A DNA stretch of 64,000 bases from Mobula birostris. Taxonomy: Eukaryota. A model generated the notes under the pieces. That model ran no database searches, had not been told where the DNA came from, and saw nothing but the letters and a program-made list of their open reading frames with translations. The stretch spans positions 20,198,427 to 20,262,426 of the forward strand of contig NC_092390.1 of assembly GCF_030028105.1 (NCBI RefSeq). Direction: 5' to 3'. Positions 26,161 through 39,880 of this stretch are shown one piece after another. Each line of letters begins with the position of its first letter. Position 1 is the first letter of the stretch. Made by a program: the position numbers and the translations under genes.

Positions 26161-27194
26161 CAATGGAACTCCCACTCTCTAGTTTCCTTCCACATCCCAA
26201 AGATGTGTTGATTGATCGGCTAATTGTACATTGGCCCTATGTAGGCAAATGAGGATGTAGGGAGAATAGGTCACGGAAAAAACTTGAGGAATTGGGATTG
26301 CTCCGCGAGGCAGTATAGACTTGATCTACTGAATATTGTAAGGAAATATGAACAGATTTATGGACATTAAGGAAATTAAGAGATATGGAGCCAGTGCTGG
26401 GAAATGGCACTGATCTTAATGAATGGTAAAGACTGTCTGAAGGGAAGATGGCTTCCTGTTCCTATTTCTTATGTAATAGCCTTTCATAGACTAACTTGTA
26501 GACCTCATGTGTTTTAAAAAAAAACTTGGAAAATATTAAAACAATGCAACATCTTAGTGAGGAAACTACAATCTAACAGGGAGACTGGGCTGAGAAATCC
26601 ACAGGGCTCAGTAGGGGAACTGTCCAACTTTCTGTCTGCACGTTTAAGTAACAGCCTGGATTTGTATACATTCAATGCATTAAAACATTCCACAACATTT
26701 CCCAAGATTGTAATCAGGCAAAAATATGACACTAGGTGAAAGGAGCAGACAATAACATAACTTTGTAAATGATGTAGCTTTTAAGGAGTGTTCAAACAAA
26801 ATCTAGAAGCTTTAGGGAGGTGGGGGCTGCTAGAGAACTATGATAGTTCAGAGACAGAGTAAAGTTGGGGCTGGAGCGAAGGATTCTTACAGTCATAGGC
26901 TTGTGCAATGTAAACACAGGTCCTTTAGACCACAGAATCTGTCTGACCATCATGCCTATCTATACTAATCCCACCATCCTGCATTAATTTTATCTCCCTC
27001 TATGTTTTGTGCATTTAAGTACCAGTCATAATGCCTGCACCATATCTCTGGTAGCTTATTTCAGATACCAACTACTCTTTGTAAGAAGAATTTACCCCTT
27101 AGATCTGTTTAAATCTCTGCCATCTCACCTTAAACTGATGCTCTCTAGTTTTTGAAATGGAAAACAGACACTGGCAAAGTACCTATTTCTAGCT

Positions 27195-27355
27195 AGACTC
27201 CTTCTCATCCCCCTACCATCTTTTTATTCTGGGACCTTCCCCCTTCCTTTCCAGTCCTGAAGAAGGGTCTCGGTCTGAAATGTCGACTATTTGTTCATTC
27301 CCATATATGCTGCCTCACCTGCTGAGTTGAGTTCCTCCAGCATTTTGTGTTGCAT
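27195..27355 (+). mobile_element. Penelope pLTR fragment with degenerate hammerhead (27252-27288)
   Basis: cagtc CTGAAGA agggtctcggtct GAAA tGTC gacta, followed by gctgag..ttcctccagcattttgtgt. Confidence 0.8.
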
Positions 27356-27861
27356 TGGCTATGTATCCTATTTCTACCTCTTATAATTTCGTACACCCCT
27401 AACATGTCACCTCTCAACTTCCTTCATTCCTAGCCTATACAATCTTGGACCTGATTACTCAAATCCCCCAATTCAGTTAATATCCTTGCAATTTTTTTCT
27501 GCACCTTTCTGATTTAATCACATCCCTCCTATTCTGTGGTGACCAGAACTGCACACAGTACTGCAAATGATGGACTATTACTCTGAAGAGGTAAATGATC
27601 AAAATTAAAGCACATGGAATTGGAGTTAGTATACTGACACGGCCAGAGGACTGGTTAGTAGAAAAGAGTAGGGTAAGCAGGTTCTTTTCTGTGTGGTAGC
27701 TAGTGATTAGTGAGGTCTGCAGGAATTGGTACTTAATCCCAGATATTCACAATAAATTTGAATTATTTTACTGAAAGAATTAAATGTATTATCTCCATGT
27801 TTACAGAGCTGGATGGGAATATGAGCTGACAGGAAGATAACAAGAGACTCGTGTAATTTCA

Positions 27862-28003
27862 TAAACACGAGATTCTGCAGATGCTGGAAATCCAGAGTAA
27901 CACACAAAATGCTGGAGGAACTCAGCAGGTCCTGATGAAGGCTTTCAGCCAGAAATGGCGACTCGTTATTCTCCTCCACAGATGCTGCTGTTTTGCTGAG
28001 TTA
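27862..28003. mobile_element. Inverted (fold-back) Penelope pLTR remnant
   Basis: Minus-oriented pLTR end (aaatgctggaggaactcagcagg) fused to plus-oriented ctgatgaagg...gaaa...gatgctgc..gctgagtt. Confidence 0.75.
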
Positions 28004-28019
28004 ACTTAAGCCTGGTCTA

Positions 28020-29885
28020 AAACCTTTCATATTTGTCAAGGGATTCATTATCACCCAGAGTCTAAACATGATGTATGCTTCCACCTCTTTCCTTACCAGA
28101 CCCTCGATATCTCCTGTTAACCAGGATTCCCTGAAGTTGGAATGTTTACCCTTCACCATAGCAAGAACATGCTATCTCCAGATTCTTGATATGATCCTTT
28201 TAAAAGACTCCCACATCAACTACTTCTTTGCCTTTAAATAGAGTCCCCCAATCGATCCCAGCTAGATCCTGCTAGTCCTCAAAATCAGTCCTGTTCCAGT
28301 TCAGGAGTTTAACCTATGGACCTATTCTATCTTTTTCCATGACTATTTTAAAACTAATAGAATAGTGGTCACTGGAACCAAAGTACTCCCCAACTGCTAC
28401 TTCAGCGACTTGGCCCACCTCATTCCCTAAGAGTTTTGCTCCTTCCTTCCCAAGTAGGTCCTTCCATAAATAGTGCAAAGAAACTGTCTTGGACACACCG
28501 CACAAATGCTGCCCCATCTAGGTCCCTTGCATTTTGGGTGACCCAGTCAATACCAGGAAAATTGAAATCTCCTGCTAGCATTACTTTGCTATTGTTATAA
28601 CTCCAGGCAAATTTTTGACACATCTGCTCTGCAGTTTCCAACTGACTATTGGCAGAGTCTATAGTATAGTCTGACTAAGGTGAGCATCCCCTTCTTACTT
28701 CTACCCAAATGGCCTTGTGAGTTGATCCCTCGAAAATAACTGCTCTAACCACTGCTGAAATGTCCTCCCATCAAAAAGCATCATTATCCCAAAACATTAA
28801 GTTGCCAGTCCTGCTCTTCTGTCAGCTACGTTAACATTAGGGCCAGAATATTCTAGTTCAGTGAGGCATTCCACACACTCAGCTCATCCACTTTAGCTGT
28901 TAATCTATGTGCATTGAAACAGATGCAATTTAATCTATCTGTCCTTTTACTTTAAATATGGCTTTTCCTGATTGCTAGGCATGCCTGCTTTAGTCATTGC
29001 AAATAACCCTGCCTCCTCACTGACCTCCTCTGAGTCCCAGCCCCCTGACAACCAACTCTGTTGGGAAATTTCCCTGCGAGGATATTTGTCCCCCTGTGGT
29101 TCAAACGTACAGGATGTGTCTACCCCAGAAGAGATCAGTGATCCAAGAACCTGGATCCCTGCCCCTACACCAGCTCTTCAGCCACACATTCATCCAGTCT
29201 ACATCGCTATTCCTGGACTCACTAACATATGGCATGCAGAGTAATTCAGTGATCACTGCGCTTGAGATCCTGTATTTTAATGTCTTACTTAACTCCCTAT
29301 ACTCATTCTGCAGGACCTCATCCCTGGTTCTAAATACAGTGTACCATTTGTACAAACATGTACAAAGACCTCTGGCTGTTCACTCCCACCCCACTAGAAT
29401 TTTATGCACCCACTCAGAGGTTTCCTTGACCTTGGACCAAGAAGGCAACACACTATCCTATCCACGAAACCTACACTATCACGTCTTCTGTTACTCTTGC
29501 CCTGTCAGATTGCACCCTTTCCCTTGGAGCCTCACAGCCAGTCTACTGCTGCCAGCCCCTGAAAGAACGTCCCTTTCAACAGTATCCCCCCATTAGTGAG
29601 GGGAATGGCCACAGACAAACCCTGCTCTGAATCCCTGTTCCCCTTCCCCTGTAGTCACCCCTATACCTGAAGCCTGTACGTTGGGTGTAACCACCTCAGT
29701 TAAAGTCTCATCTATGAATCAATAGGTACATTTAATGTCAGAGAAATGTACACAATATACATCCTGAAATTCTTTTTCTTTGCAAACATCCTTCAGCTTT
29801 CCGCATGATCCTGGGTACCTCCAGTTCCCAGTCTGTCAGGAGCTGCACCTATGTGCACTTCCAATGTACATGGTTATTAGGGAAA
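28020..29885 (-). mobile_element. CR1 5' part (ORF1 esterase and APE)
   Basis: AGDFNFPGIDW; VGEYFGSSDHYSISF; ORF1 remnants in 29101-29355. Confidence 0.8.
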
Positions 29886-30059
29886 CAGCCAGGTTCCTTG
29901 ACTACAATCCTGTCGACACTGAATCAAGGACAAAGGATAAAAAAAAATTGCTGCTCCACTTGACCCTAATTTACTTTTATTAGCTGCTGTTAATTAGCCA
30001 ATCAACTATTAACTAACAGAATCTGATTTGGAGGATGGCTTTGCTTGTGGAGAGTCATG

Positions 30060-31640
30060 TTTGATGATTTATCTATCCCTGGTTATTCAGAGAAGCAAAA
30101 GAGGAGATTACTGAGGCTTTAGTGGAGGTCTTTGTACCCTGTTTAACCACAGATGAGGACTTTAGAATAGCCAGTATTGTACCTTTGTTTAATAAGAATA
30201 ATTGGGGCAAAATAGGAAATTATAGGCCAAAGAGCCTTTCATCAGTGGTAGGGAAATTATTGGAGAAGGTTCTAACGAGTAAGATTTACTCACATCTGGA
30301 AAAGCAGAGGCTTATTGGGGATGGTCTGCATGGTTTTAACCAGGGGAGCTCATGTCTTAGAAACTTGATTGAACTGTTTGAATAGGTGATGCCACTGAAT
30401 GATAACTGGATAAGACAGAGGATGTTGTCTGTGTGGACTATAGTGAAACATTGAAAGAGGCCCCTCATGGTTGGATGCTCCAGAAGGTTAAGGCACAAGG
30501 ATCTATAGAGCCTTGATACATTGGATTCAAAATTGGCTTGGCCACAGAAGATGGACTGCAATGGTGGAGGGAGTACTGTATTATTCTCACCATTGGCGGG
30601 TGACAAGGATCAGTGCTAAGATCTCTGTTGTTTATGATACACATAATTCTATAAATGGTTTGGATAAAAATGTAAGTAGACTGATTAGTAAATTTGTAGA
30701 TGACACAAAATGAGTGGAGTTCTGAATAGTAAGTTGTCATATAGATCAGTTGGAAATACGTATGTGTATATACACACACAATTTAATATTCATTTAAACA
30801 ATTACTTATGGGTTATATGTAGAAATAGTAACCGTATATATTATCATGCTACCACACGATAAGTGCACACCTTGCTAAAAGTAAAGATGAAGACACATCC
30901 ACAGTTTGGACCCCATCTTCATTTAGTTAGTTTAAAGTTACAAAACATAACGATACTCTTTGGAAGATCAAAGGTAAGAGAAAAGTGTGCAGTGAATGAC
31001 AAAACTCTTAGGAGTACTAATGTACAGAAGGATTTGGTGTATGAGCGCATCATTCCTCAAAAGTGGGACTGCAAAAAGATAGGATGGTGAAGAAGGTGTA
31101 GACATACTTGTCCTTATTGGTATATAAAAGTTGGCAAGTCATGCTGCAGCTGTATAAAACTTTGGTTATGGAGAATTGTGCATTTTACAGGAAGGATGTG
31201 GAGACTTTGGAGAGGGTGTAAAAGAGGCTCAGCACGATATTGCCTGCATTAGAAAGTATTAGATATAAGAAGGTCTGGACAAACTTGAATCAATTTCCCT
31301 GGAATTCTGAAGGCTGAGTGGCCACCTGAGAGAAGCATATTAGATTGTGAGCAGGGCAGACAGAGTAGATATTTAAGCCTTTTACTCAGGGTGGAAGCGT
31401 CAAATACCCATGGATTTTATGTAAGTGAGGGGAGATTTGCAAGGTGTGTTTTTTTTTGTACAGGTTGTGGTAGATGTTTGGATCACTGCGGCAGGAGAGG
31501 TGGTGGTAGTCGATCTGATAGCAACGTTAAGAAGTAATTAGAAAGCTCATGAACAGGCAAAGGAAAGAGGCATATAGACCATGTACAGGCAGATGGGATT
31601 AGTTTAAATTGGCCAGATCCTGTACTGTACTGTTCTATGT
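30060..31640 (+). mobile_element. CR1 RT and 3' end, with an LTR-like insert at ~30775-30952
   Basis: NYRPKSLSSVVGKLLE, HGF..GSSCL.NLIELFE, WIQNWL, KFVDDTK. Confidence 0.8.
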
Positions 31641-32805
31641 TAACATTTTTATCCATCAGTTGCAAATTAATTCATCATAGACTTCAAGTACTCTGTTATT
31701 ACTTGTGTTCTCTGGTTTATTTCTTGAAGGTTTCAAGTTTTTAGCTGTTTGATTTATAGACACAAATATTGGACCTCGAAATATTATTCCTAATGAATTA
31801 GTCATTTTGAGTAAGTACCTGAAATATTATATCAAATGTTAATTTATTCTAAGGAAACATTGGAAATAAAAGTGATGAAGCACGTCATTTGATCATTTGT
31901 CTTTATGGGACATTGGCTTGTTCTGAGAGGACAGTTTATTAGTTAATTCATGAGAGGACAGCTTATTTGTTAATTAACTCATGAGAAGCTGGCATCATTG
32001 GGAAGTCTAACATTTATCGCCAATTGTTAATTGTCCTGAGAAAGTGGTGGTGAACCCCTATCTTGAAATCATCCAGTAAGTTTAGTGAAGGGAATTCAGA
32101 ATTTTGATTCCAGGAAGAGTCAGTGTGGTTTCTCCCCGACTCCACACTGTCTGAGGGTCTGCCTGTTTATTTGTTCACCAAGGCATCAAGGTGGTTGGAA
32201 GATGGCAACACACACAAAATACTGAAGGAACTCAGAAGATCAGGCAGCATCTATGGAGGGAAATAAACAGTTGACATTTTGGGCCAAGACCATTTATCAG
32301 GGCAGTGGATTGGTTATGGACGATGATGGATTTTTAGGAAGGTTTGGCAAAGTGCCACAAGTGGCTGATCAGAAGGGGAACACCTATGGAATCGAGGGGA
32401 TGGTAGCAAGTTGATAGGGTTGTTAAGAAGGCCTATTGGTTAGACTTCATTAGTCAGGGGATTGAGCTCAAGAACTGTAAGATGATGTTGGATCTATATA
32501 AAATTCTGGTTAGATCACACAAAGGGCCTGTACTGTGCTGTACTGTTCTACGTTCTATCATTTGAATTCAAAACTGACTCAGTGGCAGGAAGCAAAAGGT
32601 GTTTTAGTGGCTGGAAGGCTATTACCAGTGGGTTTCTGTAATGTGCAGTTGTCAGTCCCTTAGATTTTCTAAAGTATATCAATGTTTGAGATTTAGATTT
32701 AATTAGGATGCCGAAGAAGTCGATAGATAATGGAAAAGAATCAGTATGAGTTTGACAGTAAAGGAAACAAGATGCTAAATTGTAGGAAGAAATAGATGGT
32801 CTAGA

Positions 32806-32885
32806 CAAGGGATTCTCAAACTGGAGTCCATGGACTCCCTGCTTAATGATTTTAGTCCATGGCATAAAAAAGGTTGGGACCCCTG
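32806..32885. mobile_element. ~80-bp hAT/Charlie-type MITE
   Basis: Ends caagggattctcaaac ... ggttgggacccctg, with gtctagac on both flanks (NTCTAGAN target typical of Charlie elements). Confidence 0.6.
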
Positions 32886-33934
32886 TCTAGACTATTGGGC
32901 AGAAAGATGACGTGGAATTTAATCGAGAGTAGTCTCACCAACTAGAGCTACAACAGAGCAGGAGGATGTACAATAAATGAGAGGGAGGTTAAAGATTTGG
33001 AGGAATGAGGAACCTTGGAGAATATGTCTACAAATCCTTAATATTGCCAGGATGGTTAGTAGGTTAATTTAAAACACATGGGATGCTTTCTTTGTTGAAG
33101 CATAGAATGTAAGTGCCAGAAGTTATGCTAGAATTTCCTCTAATGCTGGTTAAACTACAAGTTCAACACTATGTACAATTCCAGTTATCATATGACAGGA
33201 AAAGGGTAATTAACAGATGCCACAACTGCACCTCTTAAAGGAGGAAAAATGGGTGTGATTACCTTGTTACAAGGAGTTCAGATCATCTCACCACTGTGGT
33301 TAGCTTTGGAGAGGCTGCAATAATACCACAGGAGGGTTGGATAAAAACAAGCAACAAGGTATTCAGATGCTAATTTCACTTTTGTTTTCATGCTTGCTTT
33401 CATTTCTTGATAGGTAATGATGTTGATGTTTATTGTGCATTCCTGATTAACCTTTAACTAATCTGGCAGTAATAATTAACCACATTAGTGAATTTGGAGA
33501 CATCTACAGATAATGATAACAGATTAACTTTCCTAAAAGACATTTGTGAACCTGAGGGTTTTTAAAAAATGAGAATTAGGTAGTTTTATTGGCTGCTAGT
33601 TCAGTAACTTATCCACTTTGCTATCACACCTAGTACTTGAAGTCTATGATGAATTCACTTGCAACTGATGGATAAAAATATGTTAACATAGAACAGTAGA
33701 GTACAGGATCTGGCCAATTTAAACTAATCCCATCTGCCTGCACATGGTCTATATGCCACTAGCCACAAGCCTCCAGTCAGAGAGGCAACCCTCTACCACT
33801 CCTCTTCGGCTTCTCTCACACAGCCAATGTCTAATCCAATTTACTACCTCATCTTGAACAACCTCCTATACTGGACCTAGTCAAAGGCCTCAGTAAAGTC
33901 CATGTAGGCAACATCCACTGCCTTGTCTTCATCA

Positions 33935-34045
33935 ACCCAAATGATAGCAAGGAGAACATACAAACTCCTTACGGGCAGCAGCGGGATTTGAACCCGTGTC
34001 GCTGGTACTGTAAAGCATTATGTTAACCACTATACTACCATGCCG
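33935..34045 (-). mobile_element. V-SINE/HE1-like SINE head
   Basis: Minus: ggcatggtagtatagtggttaac...gggttcaaatccc...gtaaggagtttgtatgttctcc. Confidence 0.7.
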
Positions 34046-34117
34046 TGTATATCTGTAGAAGCCTGTACAATTCTCCTTTACCTTGTCTGTGAGAGTAACT
34101 TCATGCCTTCTTTTAGC

Positions 34118-37100
34118 CCTGCTGGAGGAACTCAGCAGGTCAGGCAGCACCTATGGAAAAGAGTAAACAGTCGACGTTTCGGGCCGAGACCCTTCTTCAG
34201 GACTGAGAGGGAAGTGGGGAGATGCCTGAATTAAAAGGTTGAGGGGGGAAGGGGAAAGAGGCTAGCTGGAAGGTGATATGTGAAGCCAGCTGGGTGGGAA
34301 AGGTCAAGGGTGGGGGAAGACTCTGATAGGAGAGGAGAGTGGACAATATGAGAAAGGAAAGGAGGAGGGGACCCAGCAGAAGTAATAGGCAGGTGGGAAG
34401 AAGTAAAAGGTCAGAGTGGGGAACAGGAAATTTTGTTCACCGGAAGAAGAAATTAATATTCATACCATCAGGTTGGAGGGTACCCATACGGAATATAAGG
34501 TGTTACTCCTCCACCTTGAGAGTGGCCTCATCTTGGCACAAGAGCAGGCCATGGATCAACATGTCGGAATGGGACTGGGAATTAGAATTAAAATGTTTGG
34601 CCATTGGGAAATCCCACTTGTGGCAAATGGTGCGGAGGTGCTCGATGAAGCAGTCCCCCAATTTAAGACGGGTCTCACCAATGTAGAGGAGACTGCATCG
34701 GGAGCACTGGACACAATTGATGACACCAGTAGCCTCACCTGGAGGGACTGTTTGGAGCCCTGAATGGAGGTGTATGGGCAGGTGTGGCACTTGGGTCACT
34801 GGCAGGGATATGTGCCGGGAGGAGATCAGTGGGGAGGGACGAATGGACAAGGGAATCGTGGAGGGAGCGATCCCTGCGGAAAGTGGAGAATGGTGGGGGG
34901 AGTGGGGAGGTAAAGATATGTTTAGTGGTAGGGTCCCTTTGGAGATGGCGGAAGTTGCGGAGGACAATGTGTTGGTTGCGGAAGCTGATGGGGTGGTAGG
35001 TAAAGACAAGAGGGACTCTATCGCTGTTAAGTCAGTGGGAAGATGGAGTGAGCGCAGATATATGGGAAATAGAGGAGATGTGGGTAAAGGCAACATCAAT
35101 AGTACAGAGAGGGAAACCCCATCCTTTAAAGAAGGAGGACAGGACGTCCTGGAATGGAAAGCCTCATCCTGGGAACAGATGTGGCAGAGGCAATAAAACT
35201 GAGAAAAGGGAATAACATTTTTACAGGGGACAGGGTAGGAAGAGGAATAGTTGAGATAACTATGGGATCAGTAGGTTCATAAAAGATATTGGTTGACAGT
35301 TTGTCTCTAGAGATGGAGACAGAGAGATCGAGAAAGGGGAGGGAGGTGTTAGAGATTAACCAAGTGAATTTAAGAACAGGGTGTAAGTTAGAGGCAAAAT
35401 TGATAAAATTGACAAGCTCAGCACGGGTGCATGAAGCAGCGTCAATGAGCGGAGGAAGATTTGGGGATTATAATCGGAGAAGGCTTTGAACTTAGACTGC
35501 TCTACATTAACAACAAAAGGGCAGGCATACGTAGCTTGGGCCCACGTGAGTGCCCATGGTTAACCCTCGGCGGGATGAGTCAAAGGAAAAATTATTGAGG
35601 GTGAGGACCCAGTTCTGCCAGACGGAGGAAAGTAGTGGTGGAGGGGATTCTTTTGTCAAGAGAGAAACAGAGTTTTGACCCCTTCTTGATGGGGGATAGA
35701 AGTGTACAGGAACTGAACATCGATGGTGAAGGTGAGGCAGTCAGGGCTGGGGAATTGAAAGTTACTGAGGAGATCGAGGGTACGAGAAGTGTTACAGATG
35801 TAGGTGGGAAGGGACTGAACCAAGGGGGATAGAACGGAATTGAGGTAAGAGGACAAAAGTTCAGTGGGACAAGAGCAGACAGAGGCAGCAGGCCTACCTG
35901 AATAGTCCGGTTTGTGGATCTTGGGTAGGAGGTAGAAGGGAGCAGTGTGGGGTAAGGGAACTATGAGTTTGGTGGCAGTGGTTGGGAGTTCTCCAGAGTG
36001 GATGAGACCAGTGATGGTGATGGAGACAGTTTTCTGATGGAGTGGAGTCCTCCTCAAGCGGTAGGTATGAGGAGGTGTCTGAGTGTTGTTGCCTGGCCTC
36101 AGCAAGGGAGAGATCAGTGCGCCACACTACAGTAGCACGCCCTTTGTCTGCGGGTTTGGTGGTAAGGTTGGGATTGGCAAGGAGAGAGCAGAGGGCAGTG
36201 TGTTCAGAAGGTGTCATGTTGGAGGAAGAGAGAGGAGTGGTGAAACTGAGAAGGGGTCATCAGCGTGGGGTGTGGAATCCTTGTTGCAGAAGTGGGCTCG
36301 GAGATGGACGTGACGATAGAAAAGCTCAACGTCATGGTGGGCATGGAATTCACTGATGTGTGGGCAAAGAGAGACAAAGGTGAGGCCTGTACTAAGCTCA
36401 GAGCGTTCTGCCTCAGAGAGGGGAAGGTCGGAGGGAATAGTGAAGACCTGGCATGGGTGAGAGTTGGTAGAGTCTGTGGAGAGAGGAGGGTGGAGGTGGG
36501 CTGGAAGGAAGATGGAGACTCTGAGGACCTAAGAGCTGACGGGGTAACAGTGAGACACGAGATTGCAGAGTCATGGTGAAGGAAGGGGAGACAGGGGGTC
36601 CAGCAGCAATGCGTAAAGTCTCGGCCTGGAGGTGCTGGCAGTCAAGGTCCGGGCTGGAACCAGAGCTAGAGGTCACGTAATCAACAATTAGCAGGTGTCA
36701 AGGGGTCATAGGAACCAGCACTGATAGCGGTGGAATCCGGATTCTGGATCTGCTTCGGATCGTTGGAGCCAGTGATGGTGATGGTATTGTCACTGGTATG
36801 GAGGAGTGCAGAGCTGTCGGGCCAGGGATGGATTCGGGGAGATCCGTAATCTGGGGGTGTCCGATGGAATCAAAGTCCGAGCAGGAAGCAGCAAGGATCG
36901 TGGTCTGGAGACGAGCGATCTTCTGATCTTTGCTGGATGTGAGGAAGGCGAAGAATTGGTGGTTGAAAGCATGGATCCAGTGGAGGATAAAGTGGAGGTC
37001 TGTCGCAGGTGGAGGAGAGAAGGGCCTGAGCTGTAGTGGTGACTGGGACAGGGCCACCAGGTATCTCTGCACGGCAGAAAGGGCAGCACGTAGAATGCGG

Positions 37101-37335
37101 AAGGAGAAGCAGTCAATCGAATAGGAGTATCTGGGGCCCTCGGTGGATCCTAACTGAGAAACCTGAAAATGGATCCAGAACCATGTGGCACAAGATGGTG
37201 GTGAAGACAAGCTCCCAGGAAGGATACGTGGCTGTGGTAGTGGGTCTGGTCATGGAGTCGGAGGGCAGCAGATGTCACAGAGGGGGAGCAGTGAGAGAGG
37301 GTTGCACTGAACTCTGGTCAACGGGAAGATCTAAA
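34118..37335 (-). mobile_element. Near full-length decayed Penelope-like element (RT + GIY-YIG + pLTR) inserted in a CR1
   Basis: KPADKG; FYLLPKIHK..GRP; DV..LYTSIPH.EG; GVINCVQCSRCSLLYIGETR...HFNS; pLTR with hammerhead. Confidence 0.92.
34168..34205 (-). ncRNA. Minimal type-I hammerhead ribozyme motif in the Penelope pLTR
   Basis: Minus: CAGUC CUGAAGA a GGGU cucg GCCC GAAA C GUC^ GACUG. Core boxes intact, stems I and II pair, stem III is the palindromic ACGU. Confidence 0.8.
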
Positions 37336-39360
37336 CTTCTTCAGGGTAGGCATCCCAGTTTAGGCTTCTTAGGTGTTCTCTTGCATTTCTTACATTCCTC
37401 AAATGCCTCACTTGTTCCTGCCTGCCTATACCTGCTATACACCTCCTCCTTTTTCTTAACCAGGACATCAATATCTTTTGAAAACCAAGATTGCCTAAAC
37501 TTGTTATCCTTGCTTTTTATTCTGACAGGAACATACAAATTCTGCTCTCAAATTTTCACTTTTGAAGACTTCCCACTTACCAAGTACACCTTTGCTGGAA
37601 AGCAACCTGTCTCAATCCGCATTTGCCAGACCCATTCTGATACCATCAAAATTGGGGTTTTTCTAATTTAGAATCTCAGCCCGAGGACCGGACCTATCCT
37701 TCTCCACAATTACCTTGAAATTAATGGCATTATGATCACTAGATGCAAAGTGTTCCCCTACTCAAACTTCTGTCATCTGCCCTGTCTCATTCCCTAATAG
37801 GAGATCTACTATCGCTATCTCTCGTTGGTTCTCTATGTACAGCTTAAAGAAACTTTCCTGAATACATTTAACAAACTTTCTTGTCCAGTCCTTCTACAGT
37901 ATGGGAGTCCCAGTCAATATATGGAAAATTAAAATCACCTACTATAACAACCTTATGTTTTTTGCAACAGTCTGTGATCTCTCAACAAATTTGTTCCTCT
38001 AAATCTCACGGACTATTGGATAATCTATAACAGCCCCATTGACATGGTCATACCATTCTTTTTCCTCAGATCTACCCATAAAGCCTCACCAGATGAGTTC
38101 TTCAGTCCATCCTGAATAAGAACTGTTGTGACATTTTTCATAACCAGTAATACCATCCCACCCCTTTAATCCCTCTCACTCTATCGTGTAAAACAACAGA
38201 ACCCCAGAAAATTGAGCTGCCAGTCCTGCCCCTCCTGCAACAAAGACTCAATAATGGCCACAATGTTCCAATTCTGAATGCTGATCCACGCCCCTTGCAT
38301 TGAAATATACACAGCTCAGGACACTAGTGCCACCATGCTCAAACTTCTGATTCCTGACTCTGTACGTAGGCTTAACAACATCTTTCTCCACTCCACAATC
38401 TGTTCTAGTGCTCTGATTCCCATACTCCTGCAACTCAAGACTAACTACCCCCCCCCCCCCCGACCAACCCGCCTTCCCAACCTTTACAGCGTTAGCAAAC
38501 CTTCCCACTAGGATATTAATTATTAATTCCGCTCCATTTCAGGTGCAAGCTGCCCCTTCTGTACAGGTCCTACCTTACCTGGTATTGAAAATTGATCGAA
38601 AATTCTGAAGCCTCCCCTCCTGCAACATCTCCTGAGCCACATGTTAAAGTTATAATCTTCCTATTTCTAGCTTGTGGCATGGTTAGCAATCCTGAGATCA
38701 CAATCCTGGGGTCCTGTCCTTTAAATTTGGTACCTAACTCCCCGAACTCACTTTGCAGGACCTCATCACCCCTCCTACCCATGTTTTTGGTCCTGACACA
38801 GACATGACCTCTGGTTGCTGACCCTCCCACTTATGAATACTGTAGACTAGATCCTAGATGTCCCTGACCCTGGCACCTTTGAGGCAACGTACCATCTGGG
38901 AATCTCGTTCTAGTCCACAGATCCTCCTTTTTGCTCTCCTAACCAATGAATCTCTTATCACTGCAGCTCGCCTCTTCTCCCCATTTCCCTTCTCAGCCGC
39001 AAAGCAAGTCTCTGTGCCAGAGATCTGACTGCTGTGGCTTTCCTCTGCTGGGTCATACTACCTCCAGTATCTGAAGTGATATATCTGTTGTTGAGCGGAA
39101 TGGCCACAGGGGTACCCTGCACTGGCTGCTGATTCCCCCTTCTCCTTCCTGATAGTCACCCAGTATCCTGTGTCCTGTATCTTGGGTGTAACTACCTGTC
39201 CTCAGCATCCCGAATGATCTGGAGTTCATCCAATTCCAGCTCCAACTCCTTAACACAACCTGTTAGAAGCTGCAGCTGGATGAACTTCTTGCAGATGTCG
39301 TCGTCAGGGACATTGGAGATCTTCCTGCCTTCTTGCATTGCGCAAGAGGAGCATTCAACT
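37336..39360 (-). mobile_element. CR1 5' part (ORF1 esterase + APE); its 3' part lies at ~33685-34115, beyond the Penelope insertion
   Basis: YVPVRIKSKDNKFRQSWF; RIVISGLL; CVYFNAR; GDS block. Confidence 0.8.
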
Positions 39361-39694
39361 ACCCTGTCTTGTCACGATGTGCACTGGCAATGTGGGAACC
39401 CAAGTGTGTGGGAAAGACAGGCTCCAGCATAGAGGTGGCAACCAGAGTTTACTTATAACAATTCTAACAGAACATCGGTGGCTCAGCTGAGATCTAATGT
39501 CCTCAAAGCTAGGACCCTGCGATTAGTGCTCTATGGCACAAAAGATCTGCAAGTTCATTTAAAGCTGAATGGCTTACTGGAACAGTAGAGCTACAAAATC
39601 TGTGTTGTATGCAATGATTTCCAAGTAAAATACCTATCTGGATATTTTGTCAACTAGATTTGTAATTTTATAAGTTTTGTTTGATGATTTCAAA

Positions 39695-39880
39695 AACTTA
39701 TCACCTGCCACCATCTACTACTTCCTCCCCTTCCCCATCTTCTTGCTCTAACTTCTCATCTTTTTTTTCAGTCCTGCTGAAGGGCCTTGACTCGAAACAT
39801 CAACTGTTTACTCTTTTCCACAGATGCTGTTTGGCCTGTCGAGATCCTCCAGCATTTTGTGTGGGTGTGTGTGTGTTGCT
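39695..39880 (+). mobile_element. Penelope pLTR fragment with degenerate hammerhead
   Basis: cagtcctgctgaagggccttgactcgaaacatcaactg...cctccagcattttgtgtg. Confidence 0.75.

Noticed and set aside
31925-31988. ~27-bp tandem duplication (gagaggacag...ttaattcat)
   Set aside because: Two imperfect copies only; ordinary slippage with no further signal.
32268-32302. Second sense-strand hammerhead as a cis dimer partner for 34168-34205
   Set aside because: Core mutated (CUGAUAA, AAAA instead of GAAA); copies at ~20610 and ~42700 are also degenerate.
34339-37671. Cluster of plus-strand ORFs of 100-211 aa
   Set aside because: Antisense shadows of the C-rich Penelope coding strand and adjacent CR1.
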